A stretch of DNA of 63,998 nt, filler included, from Sphacelaria rigidula (GCA_964200075.2; 4 parts of 4 records of this genome joined end to end with filler, not necessarily neighbours in it), one strand, 5' to 3'. Positions 1-13,653 are shown, counted from the whole stretch's first letter. Numbers and translations are program-made. Notes: generated from the sequence alone by a model not told the origin.

Positions 1-424
1 GGGTGCCTTCACTTCCACGTTAAAACGTACTATTCAGCTTCTGCGCCGTGAAACAAACATCGATCTGTGCTGGCACCCATTGCGGATGATGACATTCTGT
101 GCGGTACAAATTCGGGTATTGTCTGTACAGGTCCTCAAATCAGGAGGCACGGCCGTACACGCGCTGTCGGTACTTTTACGCGCTGAAACTTCGTACGCAT
201 GTCGTGTAGACTATAGGCAACAACCTCATGTTGTAAAATCTGGGGTAGCGTTGTGGGTGCGTGCGTATCGGGCCGAAAAGATGTCGGATTCTGTTCCGAA
301 TCTAGATTTTTTTTTTCTTTCGGCGTAAGACTGCTTTCCACTACTTTGTACCCACTACCTATCACGTGATGGGATGGTAGATATGAGGAGACTTGCGAGG
401 GGGAAGGCGCCTTCGAATACCCAC

Positions 425-1241
425 CTCTTCCGCAGCTCCCGACGACGCTGCATAGTTGACCACGACGCTACACCCTGCACCACCGAGATCCTTCGCAATG
501 GCGGCTCCCAGACCACGGCTCGCACCCTGCCCCGCAAGCGTTCCGGTGCATGACAAAACGTGCGCGCTGTGTTGCAAAACGGTTACAGGATTGAGGTCAA
601 AAGCACACTATCATATTATACAGACAGAAGATACCATTTTAAGTATCTGCGACATGCAGTAGCCCTACGACCGGAAGAGCAGTACGGTACTGCATTGTTC
701 TCTACTTCGAACGGTCGTCGTTAAACCTCACTTTCGGACATATGCAGGCAATCGTGGGGAATGTAAATGAAGCAGGCCTTGAGAGACATGCACGCGCCAG
801 CACCTAGTGCTGTCTACTTGCCCGAGACACTTTCGCGACGTAGAAAGAGCGCTGCGCGTCGTAGAACACATGTACCTACAGACTTCGCAACCATGGACAA
901 TCACGAACAGTCACAATTGTGCCGTGATGTGCATGGGGAAAAACAGAACACCATGTGATATGAGCAACAAACAGCATACAAGGCATTCCTCCCAAGGACC
1001 AGAAGGCAATGCACGGCAACGAGTACTTTACACTCACAGTAACAATAGCAATCTTCATGTCCGTTCTCGCAACTGATGGCTTGGTCTCTACTCCTCCTGC
1101 CGTTGCGGCACTCGCCATGCTCCTGGCACGGCTGCTTCCCACAAAGCTACTGGCCGCACGCATAGGCGCAACAAATGCGTGGGCACCTCGCCCAGCGGCT
1201 ACGAGGGCGACAAGAGCTGAGAGCATAGAGAGCTGCATCAT
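425..1241 (-). CDS. fabG: Plastid-targeted short-chain dehydrogenase/reductase, probably 3-oxoacyl-ACP reductase (FabG-like); first two exons only, rest lies beyond the window start
   Basis: Exon 1 1241-1038 (MMQLSMLSALVALVAAGRGAHA-FVAP...MKIAIVT, donor GTGAGT) splices in phase 0 to exon 2 526-425 (GASRGLGAAIAKDLGGAGCSVVVNYAASSGAAEE, CAG acceptor, GT donor). This rebuilds the classical SDR motif VTGASRGLG plus the FabG-typical VVVNY. Signal peptide followed by an ASAFAP-like cleavage site. Confidence 0.8.
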
Positions 1242-1984
1242 CTCTGAAGTTATCCTGGATGGCCTTGCAGAGACGCAGGATAACCCTTGCTGTGCGGTGC
1301 GTCTGAGCAAGGGATCCTGGGAGTACAATGTAGGGTTGCCGTGTATCTGTATCTGATTACCACATCAACCAACTTTGCTCGGACCTGCGGTCAGCAAACG
1401 ACCGTTGAAGGTTCTCAGTGTAGTTGTCGACCGAGAAGCTCGACAGCACTTTTCCACGGAGCAACGGTTCACGTGATCTATGAGGTGTAAGTATACCATA
1501 CCACACATCTACTTGACAATCGTAATAAGATTAACATAACGCGGCCAGAGCCGCGCGCAGTGATCTATATTTTTCTTCCACCACGCGCCTACCAAGTAGT
1601 AAAGGGGGGGGGGGCATGACTTCGTGTCTGCAGTGAAACCAAACTCGTGCTCGTCTGTGATAATTTGGCTACAGTGAGATTATTTGCCGGATAGTACAGT
1701 AAATCCGGCAAATACTCCACAGAGGGTAATGCTTCCGATGAAAGGTCGACACGGACTCCTGCAGTCACTGAGAGAGTGTAGAAAGTCGGGGGACAGCGCG
1801 GGAATCTGTGAATACTCAACTCGACCTCGACACTATAGCCCTCGAGCGTGGAATGTTCTTGGTTAGATATACAGTATGTGGCAGTATCGCAAAATTGTTG
1901 TGAATCGAAGCCTTCTACTACTACTGTGTGTGTCCTGTTTGTGCGATTTTTGTTCCGGGTTGGCGCTCGAGAGCAACCAGCACA

Positions 1985-2250
1985 GCGACGGCCGGTAGAG
2001 GTTTGAGGTTGAGGGTTCAAATCCCGAAGAATACGATATTTTCGAGCACATGTCCAGTTCCTGCGTCGAAAGCGCGAGGACATTAGTAGCGAAGATAACC
2101 CGTTATTTCGATGATTATTGTAGACAGGATGCAAGAGTGCTGATTCATTTCTTCATGGCAAAATGTAAGGCAGGTGTCGGGAGATAGATGGGTTGATTCC
2201 TTGAGACTATAGACTCATCCAGAGGAAGGGGGCATTTGAAAACTATGACG
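1985..2250 (+). mobile_element. tRNA-headed SINE-like repeat, family A (degenerate)
   Basis: B-box GGTTCAAATCCC (~2013) and tail AAATGTAAGGC...GATGGGTTGATTCCTTGAGACTATAGACTCATCCAGAGG. Confidence 0.55.
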
Positions 2251-3226
2251 GGGGGTATAAACGCAAGCTCGGGATTTGCTCGCCTGCACCACCAGATTAT
2301 GGAAAAGAGAGATTTTCGGGGGAAGGGAAAAAAAAGTTCTTACAAGAAAATAATAGTTGACCGCCGGCCGGGCTGTGTGTAGAACACGAAGTCAAAGTTC
2401 GGACTCAAGCCCGGGAGTTCTCGTGAAAGAATCATCGTTATTTTCCGTACTGGAAACGCATCTGTTAGAAAGCCACAGTAGCAGCGAAACGACAGGCCGA
2501 CTATCTTATAGAGGGATGAAGTGGAAGCGATGTGACAGGCTGACTATCCAAGTCGGCTCGGCTGGTCTTGTCCCCGCATCCCCCCTACCTTTGGATTATG
2601 TTGGCGTGGTGTGTTCACTCTGTTGGGCTGCACGAACACACGCGGGCAGTAATCTGTACCGGACTGTGTGAATCTCATGCACGCAGGAGGGTTGCTTGTT
2701 TAATACCCATATGTATAAGGATCACCGTAGATGTCGAAGATATTTTTGTTTGCTGTAGATTTTTTCAAGTACACGAACACACCAGACCTCTGTCGCACAT
2801 TCTTATCGAAAAAGCAAAGAAGGGGCCTCAGAGTGCCGATTAGTTCTTGCCAGCACTTCTCTCATCGAGTCGCTGCTGGATAATAGCCGCAAAAGGGATC
2901 CGTAAAACTCGCCCCTCGAAATTCACGAAGACCCACACGCTCAGTCTACACACCGCAGTATAGCATTGCTCTCAGGGGAATAATGACTGTTGCACGGAGC
3001 AGAACCATACGGGCGTGCTGCTCGAAGCCTGCGTGAGCAACCTCGGGTCGATGTGTACCGTGTAGTGTGTGGACAACCTTGTAGAGCTGTACTCGTGGGC
3101 AGAGATGAGCATTCCTGCCATCCATGTCAGCGTTTGATACCGTCCCCTGCACGCGTTCGTGTTTGGCCTAACTACTGGTGAAACAAATATCAAATATCCC
3201 TGCTGGGAACGTGCATTCACGGCAGC

Positions 3227-6200
3227 CTATATCGCACACTCAAGCGCGTGTGCCAGATCTGCCGCAGGATTCGCGCTGGCTATTCGCTCAACCCGGTAAT
3301 GCACGTCGCTAACTCGACTGCAACTATTCCAGCCACTCCCGTCGTTTTGTCCTGCCCCCACTCCACCGTCGTAGTTGCGACTTCTTCGAGGAATATTCCC
3401 CCGCCCGCCTCCCGGCCCCGGTTGGTCGTCATTATCCATTCCCGCACCGTTCCGGCCGACCAAGCACCGAAGCTCGCGGCCAACCAAGGTGTCCAAGATC
3501 ACTTTTTGTTCTTCCTGATTCATGTGGAGGAACACGTCGGCATGGATACCACCCAAGGCAGACGCCACGACTTCACCTCGACACTCCGCGAGAAGGCAGC
3601 GGGAGCCGTCGTCTAGAGCAAGAAGTAGCGGTGCGAAGCTCAGTAATACCTCCTCCGCGGAGGTAACATTCACTGAGCACTGATGAAAACAAAGCAAAGC
3701 GGGGACGAAAAACAAGTCTTGTATCAGAGAGGCCCGGCAAGCTTTTGTCTGTCGAACAGCATTACAGAGTTCCATGCTCACCACTTTAGTGCCAAGAAGT
3801 GCCAAGAAGTGCCAAGAATTGCGTCGCCTACCCGAACGCTGACATTGTACTTCCTCGCTCCATACTAATAGTGTGTGTGTACTTGCGCAGCAGCAGATGT
3901 ACAACCCACAACACATACAAATAGTTTTGTGTCGAAAACACACGCACTAGTCTAGACCGATAACACGAATATATCCAACGTTTAGTCAAATCGTTACGGC
4001 CGTACACACGATTGCATCTTGTCTATCTGGAGGCAGAAACGCAAACCTTGCAGCGCGGGCACGACACGCTCATGCCTTGCACATCCGTATTCCTCCCTTC
4101 CCCGGGCTTGGGCACGTCGCGCCAACGTTTCCTGCTTGTTAGTCTCTGCGAGGTGATGCTGTGGCGAAAATGCGAAGATACCATGCGTGGGGTGCGGGGC
4201 CAAGGCGGGGAGGTGGAGAGGGATTGGAAGAGCGGACAAACGCTGAACACTCCTATTTTTTTTCACACATATACCGTTCTTTTCCTACAGAGCCGTGAGA
4301 GTGATGAAAGGACAATCAACAGACGGTATCACTTCGTGGACGATTGCACACTCTGGACAATAGATACAGTAATAGTTAATTGCTTCAGCAATGGACGCGG
4401 GGGAAAACCCATCGATATATATATATATATATATTATCGAACACGATAGATGGTGAAATACATGTATTGATATGTATTGCAAGGGGCAATAGATGTTGCA
4501 GTAACCGATCGATAGCCTATTGCAATTACAACAGATAAGTATCACTCGCCATCGATGGACATCGTGTACCGCAATAGATTCTGGGATGTATATATCGATA
4601 GCTATTGCCGTAATCAATAGGTTTGGTGAGCCATCCATCGATAGTCATTGTCGTTATCAATAGTTTGGTGAGCCATCCATCGTTAGCCATTGCCGTCATC
4701 AACAGTTAAGGTGAGCCATCTATCACTACCCATTACCGTCATCAATAGATTTGGTGAGCCATCTGTCGGTAGCCTCTGCCAACAAAGCATTTTTTTGGTA
4801 TCTATCAATATGGGCATTGCCGTCAACAGTCGATTGTTCTGGGGAGCACCTACCGATAGCCAGTGACGCCAACGATAGGGTTCAAAAAATAGATTGCTCA
4901 CTGCAGTGGTCCTATGACATCACGGCAATACCCCTTACACATGAACACGCGAAGACCTGGAGCGATAGCTGGCCATAGTTTTCGTGGAGTAAGGTGGAAA
5001 CATACATAGAGATATGTACATACATGGCGCCAGTGATCGACGCCATTCAGCTACTTTTGTGGTCAGCAATAGATATTAGTAGCCGCGATTCAGATTCTAT
5101 TGTGACCCTCAATAGACATTGGTGGGCGCAATTTAGATCCTACCGTGACCAACAATATGTACTGGTGGCCGTGTGGCAGATCCTATTGTGATTAGCGATA
5201 GACATTGGTGGCCACAATTCAGAGCCTACTGCAACAAATAAAATGTATCGATAGACAACTTGGCCCCTTCAATGTCACGGCAATGATGCGTTCTGTCCCT
5301 TGTCCCGAATCTACTGTCGCCTACAAAAGCTATCGATAGACATTGATGCCAGGCGATTATAACTGACTCAATGAACATTGACAGTTAAATTTTCGGGGCT
5401 ATTGCAGCGCCAGTGTTCTATTACATAGTCTATTGTCCAGGGCATAAGCACATCTCACCCACACACAAAAGTACTATAAGCGCTCATGTCCATCAGAGGG
5501 ACAACCATAAGTACCAACAACACACCAACAACAAATCTAAACTTTTGTCCACACATATTGCGGATGCCTACAAATACAAGCGTTCCAAAATTGTAGAAAC
5601 GCGATGTAATATATTCACAAGTAGTATCATTATATATCCATTACATGTCCAGCTGCGGCTTTTCTATCGTACCTGAACGGAGTATAATATGCTCTATACG
5701 TAGTATGTTGCGATGTAGGTGCGGCAATAGACGACAGAGAATATCTATCGGTAGGCATTGTATACCGCAGTAGATTCTGATATGTATCTATCGATATTCA
5801 TTGCCGCCATGCATAGATTTATACGCAATCTATCAATAGCTATCGCCGTTATCAATGGATTTGGCACGCGGTCTATCGATAGTCATTGCCGTCATCAACA
5901 GATTTGGAAAGCTATCGATCGATGCATTTGGTCGGCCGCAATAGATTTTGGTGTAGGGCCACAGCAGACTGCTGCCCAGACAAAAGTGTGGGAAACCGGT
6001 ATATCGATAGACATTGCCAACGACAATAGAAAGAGAAACTTGCCGATCGATGGCCATAACGGACGACAATATTAGTATATACTGCAGCAGATTCTATTGA
6101 TATCGCAATATATGCCGTCCATTGTCCAGGGTGTGGACGATTGCCGTTCCCAGCTATTTTCTGAGAGAGCGCAAACAACCGCATCTTGTGACTACACTAC

Positions 6201-9200
6201 GCGAAGCGGTCATTCCAAAATGGTCACCGAGGCGCCAATTAAAATGAGCCTATATTGCGGCCAGGCCAGTTTGTGTTCCCGCCGTTGTATTCGCTCACTT
6301 CTTATCGAGAGAGCTGTGGCCGCACGGTAGCCGCGCCAGGCACGGGCGATGGACGGCCCATACGTTGTCTCCGGCGAACGCCCATCGAGCCCACGTTACC
6401 GCACCCTGGAAAAACGTTTTTTGTAGAGCGATCCATGAGTAAACCATAGCAATACACATCATATCGGCAAAGACTTGCGTGATCGACGATAATTGCAACA
6501 GGAAGTCGTAAGCCATACAGAGTGAGCAACGGCGGGAGCAGTAGCATCATTCGTAGCGCTCGTTGTGACACGTCACTGCTACTTATTCGCCGGGCTACCA
6601 TTGCCGGCATATCCCGCCTGTGGTTTACATGCTGTTAGGCGAAGCGCGCCAAATTTCTTTTGTCGAGCTGGTCCTATTTTGCTCCGGTGAGTGGTGACGA
6701 GATGATGGTGTATTTGTGTTTAACCGCACAGCCCCGATCAGGAATGCCATCGTGTTAACAGGGGCAGATATCACGCGGAAATACGCCCTTCAAGTGCCAT
6801 GTTGCGGCACATGCGAACAACAGTTGGAAATGAGGCAGCTAACGCCTTGACCTCGCTCACTCAGCACTCACCTTGCACACGAAAGAAGCCTGCGGATCCT
6901 TCGCTTGTTCTTGGGTATGGAGAAGAGTGTGCCGTGACAAAAAGGGGCAGTGCAATAGCCCCTGCTCGTGACGGGCCGGTAGCAATTCCCGGTAATAGAG
7001 AAGGGCAAAGGATATAATTTTGAAAGTCACATCAGGTGGACAGAATGTTAGATGCATATCAAGACTATTTGAATGCCATGAAGGGTAAAGCAGAGTGCTC
7101 GTCAGGTGAGGTGATCTGTTCTTGCGGCGTAAAAAGATGGCCAACAGGCCGCATTCCCCCCCCATAAATGAGAGTCTTTCCCTTGCTGGTGTGATCATGC
7201 CGTCTTACGACAACCGCACAAGATGCAACCAGGGATGAGGCAGGAATTTACCTCGAGACAAGATGCGTTTAACACCTTGCTGAAGCCTTCTGTTCCACCC
7301 TCGCCACCGCTGCCTGACCACGCGTCCAACCTGATTCCGTCGCCTGTCCCTACTCCTTCTCGAGCTTTCAACGTTTCTCCACATATAACAACAACGTCCC
7401 CGCCGCGTCGGAAGGTTGTACGGGGTACTGCCGGAGCGAAGGTTCGGAGCCCGCATGCCAGAACAAAGTGCCCGGGCCTGATACAAGAGTTGGCGGAGCG
7501 TACGAAACGCAAAAGCGTAGATCGCCGTGCGTGTCAGGGCGACCGTGAAGAAGCCGAAGGCGGGCAATAATGCACAGCCCAATATTTTCTGGTGGAGGGA
7601 GGGGAAGTCCGTGTGGTATGACTTTCGAACGGCAAGATATACCAGTGATTGATTGATCGGTTGGTTGATTATCGCACTTTAACTGACCAGTGAGTGTTCT
7701 CGAAAACACAAGCGTTGGTGACATGAAGTGGTTGCACCCCAGTGCCTAGACTGCAGCTGGAAGATAAAGTACGTAAGAAGTGTGCCACTTGCAAACCTGC
7801 CCTCTACATAAATGCACCAATGCTGCGTCACCAGGTCTTTCGACGCTCACCGGCATGCTAGGGCGCCCACCACCGCCTCTTGCCCGCAGCACAGTATCTG
7901 TATCTCGCCCGATTCATCCCGAAGTTGTAGCTCCACGACGTGCACGTCTCTCACGCCACCCCCATCAGTCGCTGTCGCTGGCGGCAGCAGCAGTAGCGGT
8001 TTCGACATTTGCTGAGATAGTGACGTTTGGCTCTGGCCACCGGCGAGGTGCTGGCGCGGCGGTATAACAGCGGGCAAAGTTTCTCCGGTGACGCTAACGG
8101 AGACTACTTGTCCGTATATGGATAAGTTTGTCATGTTCGGGGCAATGTTGGCCACAGAGATCCTGCGCGGGTACTGCAGCGAGATTAAACCACACGTAGC
8201 ACATACGCACACACGAATACACACATTCAAGAGCGTTAACCCTTTTGGAACTCACAATGGAAATTTGATAATTTGCAATTAACGATTTTTGAGCAAGATA
8301 TGGTTGATGGCTCACAGCTTAGACGCAACAATATTCGCCCAACGCATATTTTTCAGACCCGTGCGAGTGACAACTGGAACAAGAGAAGCTTTCCTATTTT
8401 CTCATTGCGGCGAGGTCCAGGACCCGTCGGCGTTTTTTTCTACCCTCTTGAGCTCTTTCCCCGGCCACAGTGCGCGGCGAGCCTCTGTGAAGCATGCTTC
8501 CCGCCTGACCTGCACGCCCTTCCCGCTGCAGTTTATACTCTTTGCAGCGTCATAGCAACAAGGGCAACGCCCATAATACATTCGCCATATTTATGGACTG
8601 GCGTTGTAGTACAATTTCAGGCAGTCACCTCTCCGTGCCGCCGAGGGTGCTGCGATACTGCCCTGTACAGTACTGGGTGTGTTTACAGCAGTTTGGGGTA
8701 ATCTCGACTGCAGACTCACGTCATGCACAACATCGCGCTCATGCACAATCCGACAGCCCCATCCCGCCGTTTGAAAAAATCCGTAAAGGCGACGCAGACG
8801 CCATGTGCCCTGCAGTTATGCACCGTCACTGTGGTGTAGGCTGGGTCTGCCAAGTGCCGTTGCCCCAGGGGTGATGTCTTACTGCTCCGTGTTATGTCTG
8901 TATCGTATTTTGAAAATATCTCTGCAAAAGCGAGGCATGCACAGAACTGCGCTCTGCCAAGCACGTGCCGACAACATCATACTGCGGGTTGACTATTACA
9001 CAACGGCGTAGCGAAAGGCATAGTTGCCCCACTACATCTATACCGCGGGTTGATCGTTCCCGACCGTTGCACAGACATAGTTCATGCTGCATGAGATTCA
9101 TGACGCCGGCTACCGCTATCGTCTCGTGCCGTCTACGCCCGTGGTCGACTTTTCACGACATGCTTATATTTATCTTGCACGGAGTGTCGCCCCAAGTCAC

Positions 9201-12200
9201 CACTGTAACCTACTGTATCTCCTGACTGTAGTGTTTTTTATCTGGCCTGATTACGGTAGGCGGTGCCCGTTGGCTCTCTCCCGTGTGCATGTATATCGCC
9301 TGTGCGGACGACTGCGATTACGCCCGCCATGTACCGCCTGCACAACCCACTATGCCTTCCACATTTGATGACAAGATTTCGCTGGGTTCAGCCATACTAT
9401 CTGTATGTACGGTGTGGCTTGATAAACTCGCCACCTGATGCTGCAGCCCGTCAAAACTGTGCTTCCCTTATCTTCAAATAAATGCTGATATACCGACGTG
9501 CCTGGTTGGACCCTGGAGCCCATCGCTGTTTTTTTAATGGAATGGTTCATAGTGGTTTGGCTGATTATTGTCGATGGATGAAATTGGACACACTCCATCC
9601 GTTGCGTGGTATGATTGGACAAACCTCACCCGACCTCTCCAGGGAGGACATTCTTCTCCGGTCTTACATCATGAAAATGGTTGCCGTCGGCGTTTTCTGT
9701 TTCCATGTTTTCCTCTTCGTCAGGGCTTCTCATAATACGGCGTTTAGCCAGGGGACAGGAGGGGAGGGTCCCAAAAGGATGAAACGAAATGTCATCCTCG
9801 ACGTGTACACGTAGCAGCGACAGTTGTTTGTCAGCACGTGCCCCGTGTTTTTTGGCGAAGCCTGATCGTGGAGAAATCAAAGCTCGGGAATATTGCTCAA
9901 AAAGCGTCCACGTCTCCCATATCAACAGTGCACCGTGGGCACAACATCACACGTCCATCACATGCAGATCCACCCGGAAAAAAAACGCCACGAGGCAGTC
10001 ACCTTTCGTACGTCCCGAACGCCGTTTTCATCTGCGGGCACGCCCTCCGCACACGGCCCCTCCATGGCCGCCAGCTCCGGTTCGCCCCGGTCGGTACCCT
10101 GACCCGCCACGGCCACCGCTGCGCCAGAATTGCCTCTTGCTGCAGACAGGAGGACCGCTCGACCCTCTTGCGGGAGAACGAAGAAGGCAGTGGCGGAGCC
10201 ATACTCGTAGTGCCACCCGGTGGCGTTGAGCGCTTCAGTTGTCCTCAGACTCTCCTGATACGGATTTGAGGACGGAGCACATTGAAGCAGAGGAGGGGGG
10301 CGTGTTCACCATAATTTGGCTGCGAGAAAAGCGGGACAACTATCAATAGCGGCGTTGTACGAGGATATCGAAACAGGTTGTGCCTTGATTTTTTCAAGCC
10401 ACGAGGACACATGGAAAGCCGTTGAATTTCATCTTTAGTCGCTAACTCGCCTGTGATGGGGAAGCAAGGGACTGGTGCTCAGAGTTGTTTCCCCTGCGTT
10501 CCCCCGCAGGTACCTCGGGTACGTCGCTCCGCATCACCCACGGCCAAAATATGGCCAGCCCGTCGCCCTTGCGGAAGAGAGAAGCGAGGCACATCTGCTC
10601 GTCCCAAAGGTGAAGCAAGACTGTTTGCCTTTCTCCGTCGCCGAGGGCGGTCGCCTGCCTACTCTGCGTCCGTTCCTCCTCCCGGCAGCCACCTCTTGAT
10701 GCCCCTGCGCATTCGAGCACAACGGTCTGTAACATTAGCCGTCTCTTGCTCGAGGTATCCGCCGTCCGATCTTGATGTAGTCGCGGTCGGCGTACTTCCA
10801 CTACCTGCTCAAGAAAGACATTGGAGATAAAATAACGTCAAAGGGCATCGTCGAGGCGTGCTCTAGACACAGGACGCGGTAGCACTGCCGATGTGGGCAG
10901 TATGCTCTCCACCGCAGGGAAGTGTGCCACCTCTGCCTGCCGTGTCTTCTCAGACTAACATTGACAGTCCATCACATCCTAACCAGAGAGTACAGCAACA
11001 ACCACGCGTCGGAAAATACACTTCTTAACGAAAGTAGTACAGCACAGACAGCCCACCTTGCAAACGACAAAGTACGGTTCTTGATTGGATTTTTCGTCGA
11101 GCGTATCAATCACAAGTGTTTGACCTGGTTGTTCACGCAAGAGGGTGTACGCGTCGAGAAGAGTCGGGGCGGCGCGCGCGCGGGGGGGGGGGGATAGCAC
11201 AGGAGCAAAAATCAGTGGAGACAGACCTGGGGCAGATGGGTGAGTTCGAATCCCGACGTCGGTATCTTTGGACAGATAGATTCTACGAAATCTCGCCATT
11301 CCACGGAGTCTCGTATGGGAAGCGCCCAACAGGTACGCGCTATACAAGGCGCTGCACCGTCAAGCACTGGTCTGGCCGGCGTCGAAGGCGGGACGCGATT
11401 GGCAATTCGCCTCAAACCAACAACAATAAACAAAGCAAGGATTGGACGAATCATCGCCGGTTCAAATAACCAAAATCTACGATTTCCGAGGTCTCATTGC
11501 TCGGAAGAGATGAAAACGTTAACCGCGGGTCGATAAAGTTTCTACTTGATTTTGGCGCTACACCACATGCCTGGGGTGCGCGTACCTAGAGGTGTAACGC
11601 TAAAAAACCGAAACCAAGGATTGATTCGTACGGTACGAATCAATTACACTCAAATCACGTCATTTTCAGATAATTCGTTTTCCGTCTGGCCCTTGAAACA
11701 AAGTACTCGGGGCTTCCAGATCAGGAGTTTTTTTTTCTTCACATCCTGGGTAATACGTCCTGGCGTTTGCAGTTTCGACCCGAACGATGGGCTACTCAGC
11801 CAATGCTCACTGAATACAGATTGAAGCCCTTGCTCTTGGGAACAAAATACCACGTCCAGCTTTTCAATTCGATTGTATCCCGCGGCGTCACAGCGATCCA
11901 AACAATGTCTATGGGGTGCGATGCTGTCGGATCGACGAAGTAAACACGGCATGCTGTTTCCCACGAGTGAGGAGCTTCAACCGTTTATCGGGGTGCATCG
12001 GCTGTCCACCCCGTCATTCGGGCCAATTGTTGACAGTAAAAAAATCGTCCACGATCTGAAGAAGAGGTCACGATATGGATTCCGCGAAAAAGCCGTTGCC
12101 AAGGAGGAATAGCCCGTCGCTTATTTCACCGGAATTACTCTCTCCCTGCCCAAGGGTACATAAAGGGGTTTCCCGCTCGCTGACCCCCGATCTTCTTTTC

Positions 12201-13653
12201 CCCCTGTTTTGCCGGAATCCAACCCAAAACATGGATTCGTGTGATCTTGGATTCGGTCGTTTATTCATCGCACGGTAAGAGACGGGGCGATTTGTAAACA
12301 GACGCGCGCGTGGCTGTAATCCGACCGCAAGGCCCTTCCACGCACCGAAGGCTTCTGTAGCTAGCCTGAGGTCTTGATGATTTCGATGATCCAAGACGAA
12401 GGCGAGATATTCCGTCAATAGGAGCGTTGATCCGGCCGTGCCCGATGACGATCGACGCCCCCTACTGCTACCACCACCGCTCACGGGTTTGACGGAAGCC
12501 CCTGTCAGCATTCGGATACTGGCACGCAGTATTCACGGGTGATCAAAGATAAGGTCATGAGAATGACACAGTCCGAACAACAAAAAGATCTCGGAAACTG
12601 ATCGGGTCGAAAACATTGCTCGTTCCGTTGATGACAAAAAAAAAAAAAAAATGATTCAAAAAGTTCACACTTTCGTGCAAAATCCGAAACGCTGCGTACG
12701 CGGACTTTTAACCCAGCAACGCGCGTGTGTTCAGAGACGCGGTGAGCTTCCCCGTTGCCAAAAGACAATATGCTCCTTCGTGTGCGTCACACGTAGCGTC
12801 GTGTTGTTTTGTGCGGAGATGACCAAAGCAGCAGAATCATAACATGCCTGTTTTTGCTTTCATGCCCAAAACTGGACGTATCTAGAAACGCACCCGGTGA
12901 GACGCACTTTCCTTCCGGACGCGAGGAGGTCGTGACCGCTGTGCTCTACGAAGCTGCGACAGGATTTGAAATTCTGGTGAAGGTACATGTCCACCATCGC
13001 CGGAGATATGCCGTAGGACACGCTGCGCGAGTGGTCCTCCACGAGAGTTACCTACCGTGGAAACCGGCATAGGTTGATCACAGTCAGGATATACAGTGAC
13101 GAGAGTCGAGAATGGGCTTTCCTTGACGTGTTTTTGGTGTGTTCCGAATTGTGTTCCGAAGGTGGCGAAAATAAATCGAGAATTGCGAACCCCGTTTTTT
13201 CTCGTCACCTCATGACATTATCTTACAACGCGATCTCTCGTCACCTCGCGGCATAGACGCAGTGCACTGATTGTTCAAAAGGTCTACGAATTAGCACGCG
13301 ACAGCGCCCCATATCTGCCGCTAGCGCGCGGCAGACGTGTGCGGCGGATGAAGCGATGCGAACTCCCTTGGTTACACAGACCACCCAGCACGTTCCCCTC
13401 CGACGTTCCATCTCACCAGCTGGTCTGTATGTTGCACAACCGCAGCCTGAATGACGTCGGAGAGCGGCGCACACTGTGCATCCAGATATGCCTGAAGTTT
13501 ACCGGGGACGAAGGCGCCTCGCACGTCTCTTCGCCTGGTGCACGAGGATCGATCGGGCGAGCGTATAAGCAAACAGCAGAGGAAATTGTACCTGCGAGCT
13601 GGTCCGAGAAAAACTCCCACACTTTTGTCGGCCGATGGTTTCTCCACGCACAC
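3227..13653 (-). CDS. CDC24-type multi-OB-fold nucleic-acid-binding protein (CDC24_OB1/OB2/OB3-like) with C-terminal Zn ribbon; multi-exon, first exon/start uncertain
   Basis: Phase-compatible exons: ~13535-13417, 13051-12894, 12518-12346, 11169-11057, 10804-10514 (or -10451), 10254-10003, 8173-7851, 7477-7252, 6961-6872, 6405-6299, 4158-4047, 3679-3227 (stop). Family motifs in the expected order: VDMYLHQNF..LLASGRKVRLTG, LLLTEYLAFVLD, LHLWDEQMCLASLFRKGDGLAIFWPWV, YEYGSATAFFVLP, DVRKYPRRISVANIAPNMTNLSIYGQV, VLNASCLEGLLHCP, HRPC...CPRC, LALDDGS. Confidence 0.8.
4348..6134. mobile_element. Non-autonomous Mutator-like TIR element with 10-bp TSD, in an intron of the CDC24-like gene
   Basis: Left end ACACTCTGGACAAT (4348), right end ATTGTCCAGGGTGT (6134). 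Exact direct repeat GGACGATTGC at 4338-4347 and 6135-6144. An internal extra right-end copy lies at ~5430-5444. The body is full of CTATCGATAG/ATCAATAG motifs. Confidence 0.85.

Noticed and set aside
4420..6120. CRISPR-like array of recurring palindromic motifs (also 49900-54050)
   Set aside because: Repeats are short, degenerate and irregularly spaced, lie inside TIR elements in eukaryotic DNA, and no cas genes are present.
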